A DNA stretch of 64,000 nucleotides from a virus (Duplodnaviria; Caudoviricetes): the IMG/VR virus record IMGVR_UViG_3300042397_003635. The stretch is one strand, 5' to 3'. The notes beneath the pieces are model-generated. The model saw only the letters and a list, made by a program, of their open reading frames with translations, did not search any database and had not been told where the DNA came from. Below, piece by piece: positions 56,456-64,000 of this stretch (its first letter is position 1; every line of letters begins with the position of its first letter). Both the position numbers and the translations under genes were made by a program.

Positions 56456-58519
56456 TTATCTGTTTATACCAATATAAGGAATATTTAATCTTGGACGGCA
56501 GTTATCAATTATTCTTAGGATCGATTCATCCTTAATGAATAATTGGCTGATTACAAAATCATGGTCTTCCTCTTGAACCATTGTATTAAAAATTCTAATA
56601 TTTGCAATATCAATTGGTGAAGAAACTAGTCTAAAGTTTTCATTAATTGAAAAATTAAATGAACTTGCTCCAGTTAGGGTCTTTGCTGAATTATGTAATT
56701 GCGTAATTTCATTAAAGTTATTTGCATTAGCTGGATCTTGAGTAAATCCATAAATTGTTAATGCTGCTTGATTGAATTGACTTGAAATTGGAACAAATAT
56801 TGCATACCATTTATCAATCTCTAGCCTAACTTGATTAAATTGAGTTAGGGTTGAATTTATTTCAAGTCTAACTGTTACATTTTTATCAGTTGAATTATTA
56901 ATAGTACTAATACTTCCATCCAGTTTTAATCCCTTTGAATTATTATTATCGTAAGTATCAATAAAACTAATTGAATCAGTTAGCGAGTTTATTTTAAATA
57001 GCGCAAAGAACGTCATATTAGACTTGTCTTCTCCGAGTTTTCCAACTTCATTATAGACTACTCCATAATCTCTAGTTAAAATATGCACATGTCCATTTAC
57101 ATCTTCTTCAAATGCTAATTGTCCAGGCGTAAAAAAGTTTGAATCATTATATCTGTCGATTTTAATATATCGACCTAATAATGGATCGTTTGAATTATAT
57201 GGTCCTCTAATTTTAATTGGAGCACCATTACTTAAATCATAGGTTGTTAATTTATAACCTGCCCATAGAGAAAACAGTTCAGATTCTTCGTATGCGATTA
57301 GAGTGTACTTAGTAGCCGGATCTTCATATTTAACCGAGTATTTAGTAAAATTCGTTGAAACTGGATCCACTGTAATTGGTACGCTAGGTACGCTTTTACT
57401 TTCATAATAGTATTGAATTAGCGGCGAATAATTATAGGTTAGGGCTAACTGTTTAATCTTAAGATCTGGATGAAGAGCCTTACGCGTTTCATCAAATCTA
57501 GTAGAAATTGTTTTAAATTGTTGAGGCATAGTTGCATCTTTAACCTCATCAATCATTTGATCTGCAAATAATTCGTCAGTGCTTGTAATAATATTATCTA
57601 AGAACGTACGGTCCTCGGCCTTCATCATCATATCAATATTAGGTTGGAATTTAACTAATTGAATTTTCCAATAAACTGGTTCCTGCATAATTCCACGATA
57701 TAAGTAGGTACCTTGAATTTCATACATACGATTAGTTAATGGAAAATAGAGGAAATCTTTTTTGCGAGGATGCGACGCTGCACCAAAGATTGTTTGGAAA
57801 TATTCGTGATCGAGATGGATTTCGAACGGCATTTCAAAATCAACACCAAATTCTGCGTATGTAGGCTTATTATCTGGAAATTTATTTCCGGGTACAAGGA
57901 CCTTAATGCACTTTCGGCTAATAGTTTTGAATAGAGTCCACTCTTTGAAAACATAGTCTGCAGAGTCTCTATCTGGTTCTGTTTTAAAATAAACAACTTC
58001 ATGTCCAAATAATTTATTAGTATTAAAACTTAATTGTTTAAAAATATTTACTGCCTGGTCTGCCGCATAAGGATTAAACGACATTGTACCAGTTGAAATA
58101 AGAGCTGGACAAACCTCATCACTGCAAGTAATACTTGGTGTAAATAGACTTGGTACAGAATCTGCTGCAACAATTTTAAACTTTATTTCATTTACAACAA
58201 TTGGATTTGCAAGTTGGTCCCTAGTCGTATTATTATATTCATACTTTAATTCAACAAATAAATCCGAATTGTTAAAAGCAAGTGCTGTAATGTCCGCAAT
58301 ATCATACCAAAGTGACCAGTTTCCACGGTCTACTGAATATCTAAACTTTTTGCTTAAATAGTTTTGGTTATTACCGTTTAAGTCAACATCGTCAGTAAAA
58401 CTTGTAATTGAATGTGCTCCAGCCAAAGGATCCTTTGTTGAAAATAATCTATAGTTACTACTGAATGTCAGACTTGACTTGGAAGTCTCTGGAATAAGCT
58501 TTAGGGTAATTGTCTGCAT
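56456..58519 (-). CDS. T4 gp14-like neck/head-closure protein with extra N- and C-terminal domains
   Basis: FGHEVVYF, PFEIHL...F..IFG...PRK.DFLYFP..NRMYEI; C-terminal ConA-like WYAIFV...DIANIRIFN; GATAAATA at 58540-58547. Confidence 0.6.
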   Translation of the reverse strand: MQTITLKLIPETSKSSLTFSSNYRLFSTKDPLAGAHSITSFTDDVDLNGNNQNYLSKKFRYSVDRGNWSLWYDIADITALAFNNSDLFVELKYEYNNTTRDQLANPIVVNEIKFKIVAADSVPSLFTPSITCSDEVCPALISTGTMSFNPYAADQAVNIFKQLSFNTNKLFGHEVVYFKTEPDRDSADYVFKEWTLFKTISRKCIKVLVPGNKFPDNKPTYAEFGVDFEMPFEIHLDHEYFQTIFGAASHPRKKDFLYFPLTNRMYEIQGTYLYRGIMQEPVYWKIQLVKFQPNIDMMMKAEDRTFLDNIITSTDELFADQMIDEVKDATMPQQFKTISTRFDETRKALHPDLKIKQLALTYNYSPLIQYYYESKSVPSVPITVDPVSTNFTKYSVKYEDPATKYTLIAYEESELFSLWAGYKLTTYDLSNGAPIKIRGPYNSNDPLLGRYIKIDRYNDSNFFTPGQLAFEEDVNGHVHILTRDYGVVYNEVGKLGEDKSNMTFFALFKINSLTDSISFIDTYDNNNSKGLKLDGSISTINNSTDKNVTVRLEINSTLTQFNQVRLEIDKWYAIFVPISSQFNQAALTIYGFTQDPANANNFNEITQLHNSAKTLTGASSFNFSINENFRLVSSPIDIANIRIFNTMVQEEDHDFVISQLFIKDESILRIIDNCRPRLNIPYIGINR

Positions 58520-58599
58520 TACAGATGGCGCTTTCTTTTTATTTATCCAAGTTTGGCCTGGCGGCTAACTTAAATAAATATCAATAAAGATCCGGCACC

Positions 58600-59400
58600 A
58601 TGAAGTCTAACTTGAATGTGCCAGTCCTGGATCCACTATGGCTGGCAAACTCTAAATATGTGGATCTCGAATACTATAATTATGTTTTGCTTGATGCTAA
58701 ACAAAGGTATCTCGCAGATCTTAAGTCGGGATCTTTTTCTAGATTCCATGAAATCCTATTTCATTATCTAAATTTAAACACGGTAATTGTCGATAAGGGA
58801 GTATACGATTCTTCATATAACTTTAAAAAGGACGATCGACACGTTATGGAAATTATTGCCTCATTAACCAGAAGTAGAGAAGAATTTGGTGGAGAAATCC
58901 TAAGAATGGGGTCTACGATTCTCTCAGAAACCCTTACTGAATATTTAGATATTATGCTAGATAAAATGGCATACACCAGACTCTATTTTAACTCAGCTAA
59001 GCTCCATAAGCTAGATTCAATTTATGTTGCTACTACGCAAAATAGGGCTAAACTAAATCATATTTGGAAGATTGCTAAAGATAAAGACGTACCATTTATG
59101 ATTAGTCATGAACATCAACTAGAAATTAATGAGTTTTCTTGTGAAGATGGAGAATTTGATGAACTACTAAGTCAAGTTAAGCCTGAAATTAAGGACTTTT
59201 CTGCTAAGAAGAATGTTATGGTAATATCGTCAGTTAAGAAAATAAAGGACGATCGGTTGTTTGATCTAGCATTAGCTACGATCGTTGCCAATAAGCTTCT
59301 GAATCACTCCAGTGGATTTAATTCCAATATCTTATTGGATATTAAGTCTACATTTGAAAGAGGCCAGGTGATCCCCTATAAGCTCAGATCTTTAACTTAG
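58600..59400 (+). CDS. hypothetical protein (266 aa), divergently transcribed
   Basis: ORF track; ATAAATA at 58574-58580. Confidence 0.7.
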   Translation: MKSNLNVPVLDPLWLANSKYVDLEYYNYVLLDAKQRYLADLKSGSFSRFHEILFHYLNLNTVIVDKGVYDSSYNFKKDDRHVMEIIASLTRSREEFGGEILRMGSTILSETLTEYLDIMLDKMAYTRLYFNSAKLHKLDSIYVATTQNRAKLNHIWKIAKDKDVPFMISHEHQLEINEFSCEDGEFDELLSQVKPEIKDFSAKKNVMVISSVKKIKDDRLFDLALATIVANKLLNHSSGFNSNILLDIKSTFERGQVIPYKLRSLT

Positions 59401-60012
59401 TTATCGATTAGTATTAGCGAAAAAGTATCTATAGTCTTGCTCTAAAACAATTGAGGCTGGAATAGCTGCTTTTAAAGTTCGGTTTGGATATCTTATGATT
59501 CGGTCAATAATCTTAGAGTCAGTAGGATAGTCACGAGTTAATTCTATTAAGTATTCTCCTATTAGAGTTACGTCAGGTGAATTACGGCGGTCGACTAAAA
59601 ACGAACCCTCAGAGGAGTCCTTTTTTAAAAATCCTATCTTTTTATGAGTAATCTGGGTTGGCTTAAAATCTAGCGAAGTTATTTCAGAAAATGAAATATC
59701 GTGAATTAACTGGCTTGACCATTGTACGTCAATTAAAATTGCACTAGTATTTAGGGCTAGATCGTACATTAAATATAGATCGCTTTCGAGCTGAGTATTA
59801 TCAACATTATCTGACAATAAAACCAGATCGACATCCCAAGTTGAATTAAAGTCATATAAAATTCCACCAGTTATATGCACAGAATATCGTTCAAGAATAT
59901 CTGTGTTGGATTGTAATTCCAATAAAAAGTTTTTAACACTTTCGTATGACGGCCTATTCCACGGAATCGTCGTCGATACCTTACCAATTTGATAATAAAA
60001 TGGGAGCCCCAT
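59401..60012 (-). CDS. minimal nucleotidyltransferase-like protein (start moved to ATG 60012)
   Basis: HITGGILYDFNSTWDVDLVL (GG...DxD) and LIDVQW; ATG 60012 directly follows the upstream stop at 60014. Confidence 0.55.
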   Translation of the reverse strand: MGLPFYYQIGKVSTTIPWNRPSYESVKNFLLELQSNTDILERYSVHITGGILYDFNSTWDVDLVLLSDNVDNTQLESDLYLMYDLALNTSAILIDVQWSSQLIHDISFSEITSLDFKPTQITHKKIGFLKKDSSEGSFLVDRRNSPDVTLIGEYLIELTRDYPTDSKIIDRIIRYPNRTLKAAIPASIVLEQDYRYFFANTNR

Positions 60013-60013
60013 A

Positions 60014-61051
60014 TTACTGGAAGCTTTGATAGAAACCTCCACCGCTTGACATTCCACCACCACCAGAATAACCACCTGAATAGTAAGTTTCACCACCAGA
60101 ATAAGTAAAGGTTGAACTTGTAATTGGTGCAGTATAACTAAATACTAGATCAATTTCGGTAATCGTTTGATTTGATACGGCAGGGGTTGGGTTTGTACCT
60201 GATCCGATTAGTTCTTGATTAAATGGTATGCTTGTACTTTGTGAGCCGGTTGTCGGAGACTTTAACTGCCAATAAGAGAATGAATAACCAGAAGGAAGCG
60301 ACGAAGAAACTGATACGTTAACATTTTGACTATTACTAAAGGATCTGATAATTTGATTAGAGTTTCCAGATTGAGGAATACCTGCAAAACCATTTGATGT
60401 AATTGTAATGTATGAAGATAGAGTACTTGATGAAATTGATGCTCCAGTTGTTCTAATTAAATTTACTTTAAAAATACCTCCATAAAAAGTTGCAGCAGTC
60501 GCAGATGCGCCAACAGCAGGGGCATAATTTGCAGAAATAATTCTCCAAGTATAAGTTTGAGGAGTAGCTAATGCTCTAGATGTACGTTGACACTGAACGG
60601 TTACTGAGTTAATTGGAAGGTTTGCAACAGTTGTAATAGCAGCACTAGTTAAAGGAAGAGCCGATAAATTTATTACGGTTGTAGTATCATTACCTGATGT
60701 AAACTTAACTTCGATTGGCGAACTTTTTTGATTGACTAACACATAAGTTCTATGTAGAACGTCGGCAGTAGGCGGCGGTAGAACCATGCTAGTTATTGCA
60801 CTAGTTGATCCAGCGTATACAGCATAGTGTCCATTATTTAATTCTAATGCTCCAGTCTTTTCACTTCCAAAATAGGCGACAGATGGCAAACTTAATGATC
60901 CATTAAGCATAAAGTGCGAAGTTGGATTAGAAAGAACTGCATCCATGGTTGCATCTTCATAATAATTAAACTTACCAGCTGCCATTCTACCATCGCGGGT
61001 AACGGTAAATTTAATAGCTTTTAGTACGTTAGATAGACTTAATGTTTTCAT
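60014..61051 (-). CDS. hypothetical S/T-rich structural protein
   Basis: Beta-rich composition, Gly-rich C-terminal tail; structural context. Confidence 0.55.
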   Translation of the reverse strand: MKTLSLSNVLKAIKFTVTRDGRMAAGKFNYYEDATMDAVLSNPTSHFMLNGSLSLPSVAYFGSEKTGALELNNGHYAVYAGSTSAITSMVLPPPTADVLHRTYVLVNQKSSPIEVKFTSGNDTTTVINLSALPLTSAAITTVANLPINSVTVQCQRTSRALATPQTYTWRIISANYAPAVGASATAATFYGGIFKVNLIRTTGASISSSTLSSYITITSNGFAGIPQSGNSNQIIRSFSNSQNVNVSVSSSLPSGYSFSYWQLKSPTTGSQSTSIPFNQELIGSGTNPTPAVSNQTITEIDLVFSYTAPITSSTFTYSGGETYYSGGYSGGGGMSSGGGFYQSFQ

Positions 61052-61065
61052 TTGTTATGTGTATT

Positions 61066-62703
61066 TTATACTGACTCATTTAAATTTGTTGATGATAAAG
61101 TTCCTACAAAGTCAACTAAAGCAGGATCGCTTGAATATGATAAGAAATGTAAACTACCATCTCTTGTTGTAATAAATGCAGAGCCAGTTCCAATTGTTCC
61201 AGTTGGATTATCATCTCTGTATGTAAAGTTCATATTACCATTATCATCAAAATAAGAGTTAAATCCAATATAGCTGGCAAGTTGTGAGGCAATTGCAACA
61301 TTCGCTGGAATAATTTCTCCTTGAGTTGTTAATAGAGGTCGACGCGGCTTAAATAATTCAGTAAGACCAGAACCAGATGTAGGCAAGCTGTTTTTTGTCA
61401 TTGAACCAATATTAACTTGGTCAGCTAAATATCTAGTATCGGAAACGCTATCAGTTGTACTTTTGGTTCCATATACAGTAACTGATGAATTTGGTGATCC
61501 ACCAAAACCTACCGCAGTTGTTTTATCATTTAGACCAAATCTTTTTGCAACAACCTTTTTGGTATCGTTAAGAGTTGATCCAAATACTCCAATTGAAATA
61601 TCACCAGATGCGCAAATATCAAATGCAGCCTTTGTAATAAGGTATGATATGTTTGAAGAATTTATACCTAGAGCTAATCTAGTCTTTGATGAAGCAGTTG
61701 CTCTTTCAATTAATAATCCATTTAGATCAAATGTTGCATCATTGTCAGCAAAGCTCTTAATTGCAGAAGAACCTCCAGTATAAAGAGTAACTCCATTATG
61801 TGCAGAACCATCCATTTGAGATGCCCTAAACTTAAACGCTGAGGTTGCACCATTTACTGAATTTGTATATGAAGAATCTCCACCTGCATTAAATTCAGAT
61901 AGGAAGTATGCAACCGAAGGACTTGCTGTTGTGTTATTAATTAGAGCGTGCTTAATTCTAAGGTTATTTTCGGCAGCGCTCATTTGATGTTGACCGTTTT
62001 GCAATTTATACAAAGATCCAAGTTGAATGTGGTATCTACTTGCAGATTCATCGGAAGTTGTTACAAAGTTAGAATAAATTGTAGTAATTGCTTTGCTGAC
62101 ATCTCCAATAAGAGCGTCTACACTGCTATTTGCAACAAAATTATTTTTGTAAACGTCTAAATCGAAGTTATTTAAAAATAAAGTTGAATTAGTATAAGTA
62201 GAAGAAGAACTTCCATAATTAATTCCGTCTGGGTTGACATCGGCTAAGTCTGCGCCAGCATTTTTAAGAAATCTAACAATTCCATAGTTCTTTTTCTTGG
62301 TGCTTGCAGTAAAGTTTGAGTCATTGTCGCTAATCGTAAATAGTTGCTTATTTAAGAAAAATTCAGTAGAGACTGCTAATAGGTCATTTATATTAAATAT
62401 TTGTGACCAGGCATTAGTAGTTTTTGTGTAGAATTTACCGCCAGTTGTAATAAAAATATCGTCGACTACCGCTGTAGTATTTGTGGTTTGATCGGCTCCA
62501 CTAAATATTCTAGAACCCTTTACTCCTCTAGGTCCGATTGGGCCAGCTGGGCCAACTCCGCCGGTTGCTCCGGCAGGGCCGCTTGGACCGACTGCGCCAA
62601 TTCCAAGCTCAATTAACTTCGTAAAGTTAAAATTTAGTTTGTCTGCCAATACGGCTTGGTTATCTGTTGTAAAAACCTCTTTAAGATTTAATTGTACTGG
62701 CAT
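61066..62703 (-). CDS. collagen-like repeat baseplate/fibre protein
   Basis: GAVGPSGPAGATGGVGPAGPIGPRGVKG Gly-X-Y repeat after a KLNFNF N-terminal motif. Confidence 0.75.
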   Translation of the reverse strand: MPVQLNLKEVFTTDNQAVLADKLNFNFTKLIELGIGAVGPSGPAGATGGVGPAGPIGPRGVKGSRIFSGADQTTNTTAVVDDIFITTGGKFYTKTTNAWSQIFNINDLLAVSTEFFLNKQLFTISDNDSNFTASTKKKNYGIVRFLKNAGADLADVNPDGINYGSSSSTYTNSTLFLNNFDLDVYKNNFVANSSVDALIGDVSKAITTIYSNFVTTSDESASRYHIQLGSLYKLQNGQHQMSAAENNLRIKHALINNTTASPSVAYFLSEFNAGGDSSYTNSVNGATSAFKFRASQMDGSAHNGVTLYTGGSSAIKSFADNDATFDLNGLLIERATASSKTRLALGINSSNISYLITKAAFDICASGDISIGVFGSTLNDTKKVVAKRFGLNDKTTAVGFGGSPNSSVTVYGTKSTTDSVSDTRYLADQVNIGSMTKNSLPTSGSGLTELFKPRRPLLTTQGEIIPANVAIASQLASYIGFNSYFDDNGNMNFTYRDDNPTGTIGTGSAFITTRDGSLHFLSYSSDPALVDFVGTLSSTNLNESV

Positions 62704-62705
62704 TT

Positions 62706-64000
62706 TTAAATAAATTTCATTTTTGGTTCAATAATTAAACTCAACTTACCGGTAGTTTTTAGAGGAACTCTTAACTGAACGGCTAGTCCGTTTTTAATAT
62801 TTATTTGAACTCCTTCCAGCTTCTTATATCCTAACGCGTAGCGTTCGGCAGCAGTCTTAGTAACTATTTCTAGACCAGTAGGCTTGCCTTTATCTTCTAC
62901 ATACCAAATAGCTAATTGGTCTATTGCATAGGTTGGAAGAATATTTTCGATTGCATATTGTTTAACATATGAGGTAAAATCATAGGCGCCTAATAATTCT
63001 GGGTTTCTAACAGTTGGGTCAATGTTAAAACTAGATAAAATTTTAGCTTCTAGCCCAAGATCCATTACTTTTTTAGTAAAGACATTTGTTAAATTTATAT
63101 CAAGTTGAGCATCCGTTGTATTTACTTTATACAAAACGTCAAAGTCTCTATTAATGTAATCAGTTGAAATTGAAGGAAACTCGGTAACTTCCTTTGAAGT
63201 AACTGTGTCTATTTCAATTGAAGTCGGTAATGAAGCAAGTTTTGCCATGAAATATGAGTCTTCTGCAATTCGTCTGGTACCAAATGCTGGAACAGATTCA
63301 GTTTTATTAATATATTCTAAATGGAATCCATAATCCCAGTTTGATGCTAATAAGTATAGATCTCCGCTTGAAATTGGGGTTTCTCCAATTAACTCAAACA
63401 TTGGTTTATATTTGTCATTACCTTCAAGTTCCAAAATCTTCTTTTCTGAAACTTTAATATGTTCAAATCCTTTAACTTCAAAAAATCGGTTTGCAATTGG
63501 ATTAAATTTACAATTAGCGTCCTTAACCTCTTCTGAATTCAAGGTCGTATCTGGCATAAACGCGGTAATTTCTCTAAATATTGGAGAGTATGTCGATCCA
63601 TGTCTTCTTAAATATATTGGATTTTGTAAATAGGACTCAGTTGCAGTATACCCAACTAAATTAGAAGCCTGTCTTTTACTTGTAGTATCAGCTTGTGTCA
63701 ATTGAATATTAACTGGAGAAACGGTTGGAATCTTTAATTTTTCAACAATAGTTGCTTCTTCTAACTCAATATAAAATTCATTTGTACTTACAGTTCCATT
63801 AGAATATGTAGTATATGTAATGTTGGAACGGCTTCTTTCAATTGATCGCTTAAAGTCATTAAAACTTAGTCTTTTAAATAAGCCCTTATAATAAGAGTCG
63901 CCGCCTAATAAGAACGCAAAATTAATTGATTCCCAATGGCTTGTATCTAAAGAAGGAATAGTAGACTCTCTCTTAATAATTTTATCAATGTTAAATGTAG
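62706..64000 (-). CDS. C-terminal part of a large structural protein (5'-truncated by the window edge)
   Basis: I read the frame of the track ORF 62706..63701 upstream; it is stop-free to 63998. Confidence 0.75.
   Translation of the reverse strand, partial: TFNIDKIIKRESTIPSLDTSHWESINFAFLLGGDSYYKGLFKRLSFNDFKRSIERSRSNITYTTYSNGTVSTNEFYIELEEATIVEKLKIPTVSPVNIQLTQADTTSKRQASNLVGYTATESYLQNPIYLRRHGSTYSPIFREITAFMPDTTLNSEEVKDANCKFNPIANRFFEVKGFEHIKVSEKKILELEGNDKYKPMFELIGETPISSGDLYLLASNWDYGFHLEYINKTESVPAFGTRRIAEDSYFMAKLASLPTSIEIDTVTSKEVTEFPSISTDYINRDFDVLYKVNTTDAQLDINLTNVFTKKVMDLGLEAKILSSFNIDPTVRNPELLGAYDFTSYVKQYAIENILPTYAIDQLAIWYVEDKGKPTGLEIVTKTAAERYALGYKKLEGVQINIKNGLAVQLRVPLKTTGKLSLIIEPKMKFI

Larger units (their letters stand above)
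862..58580. promoter_or_regulatory. recurring T4-late-like ATAAATA promoter motif (at least 16 sites)
   Basis: On the coding strand shortly before starts at 862, 7923, 12151, 15908, 19453, 22882, 29673, 30249(+), 32456, 33447, 49554, 50008, 51562, 55109, 56450, 58540 and 58574(+). Confidence 0.75.

Noticed and set aside
5085-60096. Longest-ORF starts for ligase (5099), 5150..5719, glycosyltransferase (13260) and NTase (60096)
   Set aside because: The extensions run through -10 boxes or deep into the upstream gene; downstream ATGs at 5084, 5665, 13233 and 60012 fit better.
8062-63633. Many plus-strand and alternative-frame ORFs in the track (e.g. 8062..8388, 10206..10580, 18566..18883, 19700..20077, 39839..40132, 46677..46961, 61463..61783)
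   Set aside because: They lie wholly within long, motif-bearing minus-strand genes, have no recognisable motifs or promoters, and are expected shadows of repetitive coding sequence.
1-64000. Stop-codon reassignment
   Set aside because: Standard-code ORFs tile the window densely, and TAG and TGA both end genes at sensible positions (e.g. TAG at 2901 and 20599, TGA at 19657 and 36707).
1-64000. Bacterial chromosome or prophage (suggested by rpsU, ssrA, gmk, phoH)
   Set aside because: These genes are interleaved with T4-like terminase, baseplate, neck and fibre genes; there is no integrase, host operon structure or boundary.

Overview
A 64 kb segment of a large lytic T4-like (myovirus-type) jumbo phage. 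It is AT-rich, uses the standard genetic code and is almost entirely minus-strand coded. Bacteroidota-type bS21, DUF3127-like and DUF4494-like genes, plus the general lack of Shine-Dalgarno motifs, point to a Bacteroidota host (inference). From left to right: (1) a DNA repair/nucleotide block (UvsE, DEDDh exonuclease, SSB-like, guanylate kinase, ATP-dependent ligase); (2) NUDIX, ribosomal protein bS21 and three large probable internal-head proteins, one with a pre-toxin-TG-like membrane segment; (3) a glycosyltransferase and an FkbM methyltransferase in terminator-bounded cassettes; (4) baseplate hub chaperones, membrane proteins, an ECF-type sigma factor, PhoH, TerL/TerS and baseplate wedge; (5) a plus-strand island with a 467-nt tmRNA carrying a 23-codon tag, a gp15-like gene and a probably virion-packaged nucleotidyltransferase; (6) a ~23 kb adsorption region (three LamG proteins, a Cys-rich Hint-domain protein, two ~1750-aa S74-chaperoned fibres sharing modules); (7) neck and baseplate genes. 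Two recurring promoter motifs are visible: (A/T/G)GTATAAT, sometimes 6 nt from ATG, and a T4-late-like ATAAATA. The best leads are a candidate +1/-2 programmed frameshift fusing the gp26-like and gp51-like genes, a set of enzymes with T4-like capsid-targeting leaders, and the translation-control kit (bS21, tmRNA, possible leaderless mRNAs). All family assignments come from motif recognition by eye; no database search was run.
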